The notes beneath the pieces are model-generated. The model saw only the letters and a list, made by a program, of their open reading frames with translations, ran no database searches and had not been told where the DNA came from. A DNA stretch of 64,000 bases from assembly GCA_043228905.1 (NCBI GenBank), contig JBHGNT010000004.1, positions 2,108,001 to 2,172,000 on the forward strand. Reading direction: 5' to 3'. The stretch comes from Azolla caroliniana. Lineage: Eukaryota; Plantae; Polypodiophyta. Within the stretch, counting starts at the first letter, position 1. Each line of letters starts with the position of its first letter. This document shows, one piece after another, positions 1 through 13,549 of the stretch. Made by a program: the position numbers and the translations under genes.

Positions 1-1084
1 ATATATAAACTAAATGATTTAGATCCTTATTCACTCATGGTGGCCAATGTATTAGTTCCGTCAACTTTGCAAAAGCCAAAAATGAAAATGCAATTTTGGA
101 TCAAGCTTTTTCTTTGTGAAATTCTTGAAATTTATTGGGAATATGAAAATAAACCCAAACAATTGACGGAACATGTTATTGTTTTTAACACGAACTTGCT
201 CACCACAGACAGAAAACATGTTTATTTTGTGCTAACTGAAGACAGAAAACTGTTATATGGTGATAAATCAAGTCTCTATACTCGAATCATACTTTCACAA
301 CATGCTAATGAGTACAGCTACTACACAGAATGATGAGTTGGGACAGGTAGCTCCATAATATTACTACTGTTGAGATAATTGCTCCATATAATTAAAGATC
401 TATCTGATTGAACCTGTCCCAACTCATAAATTCAATCAGATAGATCTTTAATTCATCTACTTCAAAATTCAAATCAGAAATCATCACTGTTGAGAAAATA
501 AATAAACAAGAAATATGGAAGTCCCTTCCTAAAGAGCCAGAATAATTGCATTTAAATTTAAATTTTAACAAATTGTTGTAAAAATAAACAAAAACAAAAC
601 ACACAGGACATTTTATCAAGAGCCAGAATAAATCAATTTAGCTTTACCCTGTGGTTTTCTTTGACTTTCTTTAAAATGCTGTTAGTTTAAAGGGTAGTCA
701 AAAAACACTGCATAATAATATCTAATTCTGTTTTACCCATCCTTTGCATTAGTACAAAACCTGTGTAATTTTCCATTATTCTTGATTTTTTCCTCAAAAA
801 ATCTTTAAGTGGGAGAGGGGGGAGGAGGAGATTTTCTACAACAGTAGTTACTATTACCTACCTACTCAACTTCACTGACCTTACATGTAAAATAATATGT
901 GATAGAACCAATGATAGTTCATAGAACTGTCTATCTACATTCCTATCTTACATAGTTCATGTAAAAATGTGGCAAAAGCAAAGCAAAACAGTAGTATAAT
1001 AGAGCTAGTATCAGTGACCGCGTAGAGCTTCTTACATATTAAATAAGGTGGAACCAGCAATAGTAATAGAGGTCTTAGTGGATC

Positions 1085-4000
1085 TTACATGTAGAATGTT
1101 GTGGATCCTTTATTATGCATCTGTGTCATTTGTCCAGAAGATCCTTGCACAGGCATAGGTCCATGTCCATGTCTATGTTCATTTACATGACCTTGCATTG
1201 GCAATGGCAATGATCCATGTCCTTGCATCATTGGCATCTGAATTGGCATTGATCCATGTTCATGTCCATATCCATGACCTTGTATTGCCGTTGGCATCAG
1301 CATTGATCCATGGTCATGCCCACGATCACGTTCATGTCCATATCCATGTTCTTGCAGTGGCATTTGACCTGATACTGACATGTAAGATGATGACTGAAAT
1401 TGTTGACTGAATTGTGGCTGTGACTGACTTGGTGCTGATGGCTGAGGCTGCTGCTGACCAAATCTGATGTTTGTTCCCAGATGTCCTGAAGATAGTGGTG
1501 GTATGGATGGAATATTGGAGTCACGATAAATTGAGGATATAGACTGACCTGAAGAACCGCCATATAATATGCCTTGATGTAGTGAAAGCCCACCTTGAGA
1601 TGCTACTGATGTTGTTGGAGTGAACTGAACTCCATACATTTGATTTGGCAAAGATCCACCCGTCGGTATACTTCCAGTTACCTCCACCCTGTTTACAGGG
1701 ATGGGTAACCCACCACCAGTTGGTAGAACTGGTGGAACCCCGGTAGGCTGTGGACCAAGAACAGATGGCTGGCTTTGAACTAGGCCAGGATAAGGGTTTG
1801 TATAATCCCTGCTCCGGTCATTGTTAGCCTATATAAACATACATCATCAATTTGACTCATGCCTCGGGATTTGCAATTCAATGCTATACATTTAGGGCAA
1901 ATTATCGGAATGCAACCATGATTCCAACAATACCACATGTTTACTGAGTTTGGAGAATGGCACAAAAAAATATTTTGTACTTCTTTAATAGGGCATAAAG
2001 CCGCATTGGAAAAGTTAATTATTTTTGGTTAATTATCTGAGGTAATCATCATAGTTAACAACTAAACATCTTAATTCTACAAGGAAAGATCAAAATTTCC
2101 AGTTTCAATGAATATGTACAAGTAATAATTACTGTTCCAAATTTTGAGCTTTAGCCTTGTAGATTTAAAATATTTACATAATGAATTTTCCCAAATAGAC
2201 ATTTTGATCATTTGAGAAAATTTATACTCTGGCAATTTAGGAAATTAGTAAACTTGATAGTGGCATTTTGGGAATTATGGTAAGCTAGTAACATTTCAAG
2301 CATTTTCCCTACCACCATACAACTTAAATCTCTATTTAAAACTCTTATCTACCTTTACACTGAGATCAGTGTGTCGAGAATATGAAAGATGAAGCTTACA
2401 AAAGCCGCCTTCATATATACAGTGCCCCTCGAGCGCATCTTTTGCTGTTATAGCAGTATTAACGTCTACAATAGCAAGAAATAAGTATTCACTTTTAGAT
2501 TGGTGAGGCTCAATCAACACACAGAAAGATTTGTTACTTTACCAGCATATTGAATTAATGCTTGTAATCCAGCATTTTTTTCGAACATTGCTATTTTTTG
2601 GACAGAGCCGAAAGCTGAGAATATCTAAGGTGAAAAACATATCCATTTTAATTAGAATCAACTATTATTGATCAACTGGATATTATCTTGTGTGAAAGTG
2701 AAAGTGCTTCCTTCAATACTGCTCATGTTTCTGAGTGGAAGAATATAGTATGACATTTACTCATGATTATGAAAACCATGGATACTTAACTAATACTGGA
2801 TATTATCTTGTGTGAAAGTGCTTCAATACTGCTCATGTTTCTGAGTGGAAGTATAAAGTATCACATCTACTCATGATTATGAAAACCATGGATACCCAAC
2901 TAATACCTACCGCATGCAGAACCTCAACAGTCACTTCATACTGCATATTCTCAATAGATGCAAGCAATACATTACTTTCTGGCTCCTTTTTAATCCCGTC
3001 CAATCCAACAACAACCTAAAATAAAATAAAAGTCAGAATTTGTACCGATTTAATACAAATTATAAACAAATCAAACACACTGAAACTTACACAAAATATA
3101 ACTGGTATGCATTATATTCTTTACCTGCCCAGTACCATCAATGGCTGAAGGAGCAACAGGTAAGTAAGGATTTGTATAATCCCTGAACATTATACAAGAA
3201 AACTTACATAAGAACATTATTAACATATGAGTGACTAAAAGAAAGGATGGCCCATGAATACATGCAGTGGGTGAAGATAAACTATTGTAAAGATACATAC
3301 ACATCATCATCCCAATGGCCAATATGCACTTATTGCATACATTCTTTAACCATTGGTGGCTGTTTTTCTACACACTCTGAAGCGTTCAGTTAAATATACC
3401 CCTTGTAAGGCTAAAAAAGGCTACCCTTAAAAGTTATGTAAATTATTTGATGTGGTGGACAGCTTTGATCTTGTGAAGATATGCACATTGAAGTCGTGGT
3501 CCAAAACATGGACATGAAAGGATGCTAAGTTTCAATACAATTTTATTTATAAGAATCAGTAACAAGCTAATACCTGCTTCGATGGCTTTGAAACTTCACT
3601 GTCAGATCCACATGTGCAGAGAATGAGATGTGGAGGTGGCAGCTTACAACATGTTCAGGAAGTAGATACCTGAAAATGATTGCATATGTTTACTTTCTAA
3701 TCATTAGACACTTCAATACTACATACAAGAAAGTGCCGACATACATTCTACAAGAGCATACCTCGGTATACTTCTACCATCTAAAGCTGTTCTTGCTGAT
3801 GAAGCAGTTTCCGCATCACTGAATTGAACAAGAGCCTGGAAACATATTTCATAATTATATAATTTGAATACAGATTGTTTCATTCCATGAATTCCATTAG
3901 TGGCATTCTAAAGAGATTTTCCAATGGACAATGGGAAAAAAATAAAAATAAAAACCTGAAAGCCTGCAGTCTTTTCAAATGTTGCAATCTTATGAACAAA

Positions 4001-6724
4001 ACCAAAAGCTGAAAATACCTGTGACAAGCATATCTTCAGAAACTCTCTGAATTATGGAAAATGGTAGTATCTTCCAACTCAAAACATTCAACTAATTCAC
4101 TCCATTTTCTAAACCAACTCTATGAAAAATAAATGGAAACATTGAACTACAATAATCATATGGTACGTAAATCTCAACCATCGAAAGAGAGAGCCTATCA
4201 TACATAGACTAGACTCAAATCAACCATTATATCATGCATTGGACATAGAATATATATACTAGGCTTATTTTATGAAAAATAAGAAGACATCTCAATAGAG
4301 ATTTATGAGAAGATTTTCACTTGATTGACTATTCCAACTCTCATGAAAAGGTTAAGTAGCAGGAGAGGGTTGAGAGATGAGAGTTTAAGCAGAGAAAGGA
4401 CAGAAGAAACACACATGCGCTTCCTTCCATGGAGAAGTTTGCCATCGAAGATGTATTCAGCAGTATGTTAGACAAAAAGCCAAGTATGAAGTATAGCCTT
4501 TTGCTTATAAGCTGAAAACCAAAAAGACAAACCCTGTTAAAGCACTGTCAACTCCTTTGCTTCTTTCTCGTTTTGAATTAGAATACTGGCACTGAAAATT
4601 GTTAAGGCTAATCCCATTCATAGTCTCTTCTTTTGTAAGGTTCTAAGATTTCTCCAATCGGAAGACTCGCAAAAAGGTAAGCTTACCAAGTGCAAAACAT
4701 CAATGCTAACATCTCCAGCTTCTACACCTTCAAATGTCACCAAGAGGACATTGCTGGCGACATCTCCTGAACTCTTGTTATTCACGATCTCTTGCCTGTT
4801 AGAGTACTGTAGGTAAACAGTTTTTCCTCTTATTTGAGCTGGTTCAGAAGAAGATGCATAGTAGGAAACCATCGAGATAGCCTGGTTTAAGTCTGCCTGA
4901 AAGAAAGAAAAAATACTAGAAAAGTTCAAATCACTTTAATAAAGAGCGTAATAGTAAGTTTATTTGAGTGGCACTAATAGCATTGTACTTTCGGAAGCCA
5001 ACCTTTGCTCATTATTCCCGCAACTAATACAACAGTAAGGAATGTGCAATCGATTATCAAACTTAAGCATCAATAAGAATGCCATCAAATTGCAAAACAA
5101 CTAACCAAGTTTTCTAGAAAATTAAGAAATAAACGTTCCAAATAAAGGAACCTTACAGAAAAAACCAAACACACAAATTAAACGCATCTCGTTGGATGCT
5201 GATTATTCAAGCTAAACATGTCGACAAAACAGTAGTGCGTGCCTTGGATGCCTTAAACAAGTAATTGAAACTCATAGTTGAAAGAAATTTCTATCATGAG
5301 CATCAATAAGAATGCCATCAAATTGCAAAACAACTAACCAAGTTTTCTAGAAAATAAAGAAATAAACGTTCCAAATAAAGGAACCTTACAGAAAAAACCA
5401 AACACACAAATTAAACGCATCTCATTGGATGCTTATTATTCAAGCTAAACATGTCAACAAAATAGTAGTGCGTGCCTTGGATGCCTTAAACAAGTAATTG
5501 AAACTCATAGTTGTGCCTTTGAATGCCAATCTTTATGAGTGACCGATGGAAAAACAATGGATTTTTCACTGAAAGATAGCCTGAATTTTGTATTTTTTCA
5601 GTGATCATTTCATCATATTGCATTTTCCAAAGATTAAGTTTACAAGAAAAAAAAACTTATGAGTTCAATAAAAGCTTTGCAGACAAGAAGAAAAAAACTT
5701 TACAAAATCAAAGTTCAGCAGTCATTTCATCATATTCCATTTTCCAAAGATTAAGTTTACAAGAAAAAAAAACTTATGAGTTCAATAAAAGCTTTGCAGA
5801 CAAGAAGAAAAAAACTTTACAAAATCAAAGTTCAGCAGTCATTTCATCATATTCCATTTTCCAAAGATTAAGTTTACAAGAAAAAAAACTTATGAGTTCA
5901 ATAAAAGTTTTGCAGATAGGAAGGAAAAAACTTTACAAAATCAAAGTTCAGCAGTCATTTCATCATATTCCATTTTCCAAAGATTAAATTTGCAAGAAAA
6001 ATAAAATTATATGAGTTCAATAAAAGCCTTGCAGACAAGAAGAAAAACCCTTTACAAATTCAAAGTTCAAAAATTAAGTTTGAAAGAATGAATGATGAAA
6101 AAACAAAGGATTTTTCACTCAAAGATAACTCTAGAAACTGAAGAATGATTTTCACTTAAAAAAATTTAAACAGTCATTTCATAATACTCAATTTCCCCAA
6201 GATTCAGTTGGCAAGGAAGAAGAAAAACTTAAGACTCAATGAAAGCTTTGTGAACAAGAAGAAAAAAAACTTTATGAAATTCAACAAAAGCTTCATGAAG
6301 AAGTATATGAAAGTTGTGGAAAGAAGAATAAAATAAATAACGTATTCAACAGCACCTTTGAGAAGAACAAAAAAGTTATAAATTCATTGAAAATCACGAT
6401 TTCAATGAAAACTACGTGAAGAAAAAATTGAAAATTCAGGAAATCTTTGTGAACAAAAAACTTACGAATTCAAGGAAAGCATTGGCAAGAAAAAGCTTTT
6501 GCAATTCAACAAAAGGTTTGGGAAGAAAAAGAACTTACAAATTCAACGAAAGCTTGGTTACGATTAGCTCCAACGTTGCATTTAGTGTTCACAATTTTTC
6601 CGAATGGTTTGCAGAGATCGATAAGTTCTTCCTCGCTGCACTCCCATGGCAAGTTGCGGAGGTGAAGAACCTTGGACGGAGGCTGCGTGTAGCGAAATTG
6701 AGGCTGTCCTGCAGAGGAGGCCAT
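1085..6724 (-). CDS. PTB: Polypyrimidine tract-binding protein homolog (plant PTB1/PTB2 type, 3 RRMs plus low-complexity C-terminus), 10 coding exons
   Basis: GT-AG exons in phase: 6724-6539, 4896-4687, 4018-3956, 3835-3762, 3669-3574, 3182-3125, 3015-2911, 2624-2543, 2465-2353, 1828-1085. Translation MASSAGQPQFRYTQPPSKVLHLRNLPWEC..., VFSAFGFVHKIATFEKTAGFQ and SRDYTNPYLPVAPSAIDG matches plant PTB1/2 motifs. Confidence 0.95.
2675..2905. repeat. ~120-bp tandem duplication in a PTB intron
   Basis: ACTGGATATTATCTTGTGTGAAAGTG...GAAAACCATGGATAC starts at 2675 and again at 2795. Confidence 0.9.
5066..5513. repeat. ~215-bp near-identical direct duplication (period 233) in PTB intron 1
   Basis: AGCATCAATAAGAATGCC...CTCATAGTTG at 5066-5280 and 5299-5513. 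Confidence 0.9.
5605..6070. repeat. 117-bp tandem repeat (~4 copies) in PTB intron 1
   Basis: Units start at about 5605, 5722, 5839 and 5955. This explains the repetitive spurious ORF 5601-5987. Confidence 0.9.
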
Positions 6725-6995
6725 GGCTGAGAAGCTCTGGTACTAGACTAGATCCAGCAGAAGCAGAGTGAGAACAAGTGAGTGAAGAAAAATATAGACG
6801 AAGAAGAGGAAAGAAAAGACTTCAAGAAGAAGAAGAAGAAGACGATGATGATAATGAAGAAGAAGGAGAAGGAGAAGGAGAAGGAGATTCCACAGCTATG
6901 GCGGACTGCGAAGGAGAAAGACACAATAAACCACGGAGAGAGACGCAGAAGAAGAAGAAGAAGAAGAAACGGACAAACTAACCCTTCGTGTAAGG

Positions 6996-7000
<5 letters not shown>

Positions 7001-7036
<36 letters not shown>

Positions 7037-7157
7037 ATTGCTAGCGTTCCATAGTTTGTTGTTGGTCATGGTGGTATTGTTCTTTATGTAATATTTAATA
7101 AAAGAGAGAGAGGATCATGTTGTAGTTGTAGGGTCATATTAGTATGACATGGCATGT

Positions 7158-7205
<48 letters not shown>
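7001..7205. repeat. (AG)n and (CT)n/(CTAT)n microsatellites upstream of PTB
   Basis: AG run ~7001-7033; CT/CTAT run ~7158-7205. Confidence 0.9.
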
Positions 7206-7206
<1 letters not shown>

Positions 7207-7811
7207 TCCTGCTTGAAAACGCACATACAATTATGTTAATTGATGCCTGTGTGAAAAGCAAACGGGTACCACAAGTACTTTGATTGGTGTGCAACCACCA
7301 ATCAATACTCTCTGATTGAGGAGCTTTGCTAGAAGTGACAATGTAGAATGCCAACTATGTTTCAAGATCTACATCCATCCATAATTACAGTTGCATACCT
7401 TCAATTCTTATTCATCGTGAGATGATAGTCATTGAAGACACTTGATGGAAAAGGAAGAGATCAATAGTCACTTGTAAATTTCTAGTCTAACCCCATAAAC
7501 GCCAACCAACCCAAGGTTCTTGCTCAATTCATATAGGTGAAGGACCCTACATCAATGTTATACTTTGTAGTTGTTATCAAATAAACCCATAATTGGGCGG
7601 TATGCATAATAATTGTCGCACTTCAACAAAATCTAAAAACTCTTTGAGAATTGAGCCTCGACTACATCTCTCACCAGTGTTGCCTTTTGACGGCCAACAT
7701 TGCCTGTCATGAGAACGGTATTCCAAAATTTTTGCCCGTCAAATTGACGGTTTACCAAAAAAAATGCCCTTCAAAAAGTAAATACATCGAATATTTGTAC
7801 GAAACAATATA

Positions 7812-8310
7812 TTATACCCTTCTATCCTTTGCATCTTTCCAAATTTCATATACACGATCCCATTGTATCTCTTCAATGTGTGGCCCATTCAATGAGACTT
7901 GCATTAAATCATCTAAATGCTCTATATTCAATCGATTTCTTTTCATCTCTTTGATGAGATTTTGCCAATGAGACTTGCATTAAATCATCTAAATGCTCTA
8001 TATTCAATCGATTTCTTTTCATCTCTTTGATGAGATTTTGCTTAGAAAACCCTCTCTCACACGAAACTGTGCTAGACGGAATAACCAAAGTAGCTTGCCA
8101 TAATTTCATCAAATGAGGGAAACTATCTTGCCAATCCTTCATTTTGCAAAACATACGCCAAGCTTCATGCATAGTATAGCCTTCACAATTTAAACGTAAA
8201 GTGTCAACAAACCTATAGAGTTCCATTTCACAAGCCTTTGCATCATGTAAAATTTGAGGACATGCATTGACATCAACATTTGGTTGTAAGTGAGAAATCA
8301 AAATTCCCAA
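7812..8310 (-). pseudogene. hAT transposase C-terminal dimerisation-domain remnant, frameshifted by a 76-bp tandem duplication
   Basis: FPHLMKLWQATLVIPSSTVSCERGFSKQNLIK..RNRL is the hATC dimerisation motif. Removing one 76-bp copy (7890-7965 or 7966-8041) restores ...MQVSLNGPHIEEIQWDRVYEIWKDAKDRRV* (stop at 7812-7814). The N-terminal part is absent. Confidence 0.88.
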
Positions 8311-8965
8311 CCATGTCTTTGCTTTACTTTTGCCCTTAAAGAGGAGAGCAATACTAGTTTTTATGGACTAGTAAAAGAATTTGGTGGTATATCTAGTAAA
8401 AGCCATTGTAAATTTTCGTAGAGGGAAATATATAGGGTAAGTTGGACTTCGTCTAGATGCAGAATGCCAACCTAGACACACCACAACATAATGTTACTAC
8501 GTAGCATGTTTTTCCAATAAAACATGTACGAGACAATGATGCCATAAATGCAAGGATAAGTCCAAAGATTAATTGGTTTGGTATTTAACACTATACAATA
8601 AAGTTAGATATGCAAGCCATATCCTATAGAGTTTTTGCTTTGGTCCTAGAGGAGTTCGCGACATGTTAACATGTTAACATCAACTGGCAACATGAACTAA
8701 CATGATGAAACATGATTTTATTATTATTAACTAGCCTCGCCGATGCATCCGCCACTCCATACACGATTCTATGTGCACATATGTATATGTGACACCTCGA
8801 AATATATGCATAGATATCTATCTATCAACCTAACCTACACTTAGATGATGATGTATGGACATACACATATACATATATTATACAAGATGCATGTTGATGT
8901 ATGTCTCGATGCATCAATGGGTGAGGACCTTGGCAATTTACTACTCCTCTGAGCTTCGATTGTAG

Positions 8966-9436
<471 letters not shown>

Positions 9437-10181
9437 GCTTCATATTTAGGTTTGGACTTTCTATGATGGTGTAGGTTGCATGCATGAAATTAGAGTTTTT
9501 TGTGTCTGGTTTTTCTTGCGGACTAAATGTATCCTGTTAGTTTTTCTAAGTATTCAATTACTAGTGTTCTTTGCATTCCAGAGAGAGAGAGAGAGAGAGA
9601 GAGCTACCTTAGATGGGTGAGTAGGACTGCTGCAGGTGTTGCTGAAAGCCTGAATCTATGAGTAGACTGTAGCAGGAAACGAGCAACAAGCTTCGAGTAG
9701 GGATAGTTATTAGTGAGCACTGAGTTGCGAGCTTCCAGCAAGGTGCAGGGCTGAGGGAGCAACGAAGAAACATGGGAAAAGGGGAGAAATGGGGGGAGAT
9801 GGGGGAAAATGGGGGAAAGGGAAAGGAAGGTTTTAGATGGGGAAACGGGGCGGGGGAATTGGGAAGAAAAGATTCATAATTTAGAGTCTAGACTCTATTA
9901 GTTTTTTTACCTTTTCGTTACACACATATGTGAGTCTTTCAAATTCATACACTCCCAATGCAACTTGAACAATTTGTTCCTACTACCTAGGACTATAATA
10001 CTATTGTATTGGTCTTAGTAAAATTTGACGGTATTAGGAAATTTTAAGCCTTCATTTTTACGTTTTCATAAAACATATGCCCGTCAAGATTGACGGTTTC
10101 ATTTTTAAATTAACCTTCATATATGGTTAAATTTGCCAAAAACGTTCAAAACGGCCGTCAAAAGGCAACACTGTCTCTCAC

Positions 10182-12330
10182 CTCTTTGACCCCCCAAACA
10201 AAACAATGATTAAATTGAGAGCACGATATCTCCTTTGTATGCCAACATAATAGGTGACAAAACACAAGTAACTATTTCGGCAATGAATTACAAGACTCTC
10301 TACTACATGATATTGCCCATAAATAAATAAAAAAGAGCACTTCGTGTTGTGACACAATCAAGTGTTGAGGACATGAAGATCAAGGAATTTTAAGTGGCCA
10401 AATAATTGTGGGTAGTAATTGCCACCGTGATGCCTTAATTAGTAGTGTCCTTCTATGTGTTACACCCTCATTCTTAATGAAATATTGAACAATAGACATT
10501 CATAGTTGTGAGTATCAATACATTTTTTACATATGCACAAATACATAAGTCTAATATTACAACTATCCCAAAGCAATTAGGGTGGCTAGATGGTTCTACG
10601 CAACACATGTGATCCCCTTCATATACATAAATCTAATATACACAAGATGAGACAAGACTTCCTCCAATATATAATATGTAATCTAGACGCCAAGGTGAGA
10701 GTTTCGTGTCCATCCCCTTCTCAAGATTCTCATGTTAGGCTTGTAAAAACATGAAAGAAGCATCTGTCAAAGCCTCCATTACTAGTTGTCCACCAAATGG
10801 AAGGTGTAAACCTACAATATCATCATTATTCGTAAGTTGTGATAAGATCACCAAGAAGGGACAAGCAGTTATAGCGAACAACATTGGGCCAAGTGGGTAT
10901 CTTTGACTAACCAATTTCGTGAGGGAAATAGATGATGTAACTCCACCGTCAAGCATTACTTCATACACATCTTATGGTTTACCATGATAAATATATAAGG
11001 TAGGAAATGTGGGGTCTCTAGCCCATTATTATATACATGAATCTTGAAACAAAGGTACAATAACATTATCTAAGATTTCTCCCAATGAAATTGCACCATT
11101 ATCGATTCCTAATGAGTATGTTAGGCATAATAAAACACCATTTGAACTTTAAGCACATTATGCAATATAATCCAACTTACAATGAAACCATATTAGGCTA
11201 GGGGCACCATAACCAAATCCTAATGAGTATGTTAGGCATAATAAACAACCATTTGAACTTTAAGCATAATAAAACACCATTTGAACTTTAAGCACATTAT
11301 GCAATATAATCCAACTTACAATGAAACCATATTAGGCTAGGGGCACCATAACCAAATCCTAATGAGTATGTTAGGCATAATAAACAACCATTTGAACTTT
11401 AAGCATAATAAAACACCATTTGAACTTTAAGCACATTATGCAATATAATCCAACTTACAATGAAACCATATTAGGCTAGGGGCACCATAACCAAATCCTA
11501 ATGAGTATGTTAGGCATAATAAACAACCATTTGAACTTTAAGCATATTATGCAATATATTTCTACATGCAATGAAATCATATTAGGCTTGGGTACCAATA
11601 CTTTGTAGTATATTAACAAATAACTCTTTGAATACATTATCTCCCCCCCCCCCAAAGGAACAAGTTCTTTTTGACGAAATGACTTGGGTGATACCATCTT
11701 TTAGACTAATTTGACGAGACCAACCTTTCAAACTTGAGGTTTACACCCATCAAAGTTGAGGGTCCCTTCATTTGTTGTCATCCCAATCGAGACTCTTGCC
11801 ATTAGGAAAACACCTTAAATTGTGTCCACCTCATTATCTCTCAAAGCCACATCCAATTCATGACCAAGGGGATCATGTACAATGCATCCAACCACATCAT
11901 AAAACTCATCATTAGTCATAAACAAGCGTGGGCAAGCAACTCCTTAAAGTAATCAACATAGTTTGCAATTATTATTGCCATATCCATTATAAAATCATCC
12001 CCTTTCTTCATGTGTACCACATTAGGTGGATCATAGACAAGGTGTAGCGCTTGAAACAACAAATGAGATTGACATTGATGATCTATAAGCTCATCTTTGA
12101 GTTGCTGCATCTTAGAAGGACGCTATAAGTTTTGCATTGCAATTGAACATTCCATTTACCATGGATATCAAAAAGCTCAAAATCTACCTTTTGGAAATAT
12201 GAAAATAGAGAAAATTGGCGTGTGTTGTAGTTATCTGCTGTTTGAACTTTTCATTGCTCTAGATGGAGAGGTCCAATGTCTTCTTAGAAGGGAAGAGATA
12301 ACTATGTATGTATGCCTATTACATACTTAA
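10182..12330 (-). mobile_element. Highly degenerate LTR-retrotransposon-like remnant (probably continues at ~7400-7666, left of the hAT insertion)
   Basis: Broken ORFs, including a protease-like VMLDGG motif in ORF 10735-10968. No intact domains. Confidence 0.35.
11107..11595. repeat. 111/139-bp tandem repeat array
   Basis: TAATGAGTATGTTAGGCATAATAAA starts at 11110, 11221, 11360 and 11499. Confidence 0.9.
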
Positions 12331-12866
12331 CTAAGTTCACACTATTATAAGTATGCTCACACCCAACAATTACTTAATTAGGTTCACACAGTCGTAACTA
12401 TGTTTACACCAAAGCTTTCATAGGATACACATTACGTTTAACAATTCAGAAGCGTCTAACATTTCAATATCACAATGGCTTGCCTCATATCCTCATATTC
12501 TCCTATAGAGATGTTTCTCCATCACTATTATTTTATTGATGTGGAAGGTCATTCTGGCCTTTTACAGACGTTAATTTTATATCGCATCTAAATTATCTTT
12601 TCCTACCCCACCAATAAGCCACCTGATCAAATACTAGATTAGCTTTTGTGGTTAGCTTGATCCTTAAAATCCTGGCTTCTAGCTGCGCCTAAATGTTCAT
12701 TGTTTACATTTTGCTTGTTATGTTTTTACATTTTCTTTGTATCAAAACTCTCTACTTGTCTGTCGACTGGATTGCATAGTAGAATGTTCTTTGTTTAACA
12801 TGCCTAAAATAATTTGAAATGTACTGAGTACTCTAGGCCATACTTTTTTATTGCAACATTTTGTAG

Positions 12867-13549
12867 GGTCCAGTACATGCATATGTGGTCATGCCAGATG
12901 GGAAGACTTAATATCTTGCAGAGTTGGAAAGTGGTATGCGAGTCCCAATTGTTCATGCATATGGGATGCAACGAACTGCAGTAGTCGGCACGGTGAAAAT
13001 TGAGAGCCGGCCATTTATTCTTGTTGGAGCCGTGGTAGGGTTCTTTTATTATAGTATTTTCATTTATATTTGTGCCAACATTTAAGTTGCATATGTGTTT
13101 TGAAAGATATGGTTTCCTTTAGATGAATGCTTCTTGAAAGATGAAGGCCAATCAAACATGTTAAATCTCGTCAGTGACAATATTTAACTTTTCCATTTAT
13201 TCTGGTAGCTATATCATATAAATATACGGTTCTTGAAAGATGGAATGTGTAAATGTGTATTGCAGTCTGATAATTGTAACAGTATGACATATTCTTTGCT
13301 CTTGCAAAATGCTGAAACTGTCAACTTAGTTTGTCCTCCCCAAGGTATGTAAAGGAGCACTGGCTTTATATCATTTTTCTTAAGATTTAACTTTTAACCA
13401 TTCGAGTTCTAGTAAGTGTTGAAGATGAAGGCAATCTGGCTATTTCGGTGACAAATATCAATCCAGGTGACAAAGTTCTTATAAGCATACAAGAAACAGC
13501 GGCACACCACACAGGTATTGTGATTCGTGAGTTTATATCGGAAAAATGA
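12867..13549 (+). pseudogene. 5'-truncated 3-dehydroquinate synthase II-family gene fragment (last 3 exons) with an in-frame stop
   Basis: Exons 12867-13034, 13266-13344 and 13413-13549 translate as GPVHAYVVMPDGKT*YLAELESG...VGTVKIESRPFILV / LLQNAETVNLV / ISVTNINPGDKVL...HTGIVIREFISEK*. TAA at 12909-12911. No upstream exons found. Confidence 0.8.

Noticed and set aside
5601-5987. 128-aa repetitive ORF
   Set aside because: Product of the 117-bp intronic tandem repeat, antisense within PTB intron 1.
6778-7054. Lys/Glu-rich ORFs upstream of PTB
   Set aside because: Antisense reading of the CTT-rich 5'UTR microsatellite.
11107-11595. Repeat array resembling CRISPR
   Set aside because: Eukaryotic context; whole units repeat with no unique spacers and no cas genes.
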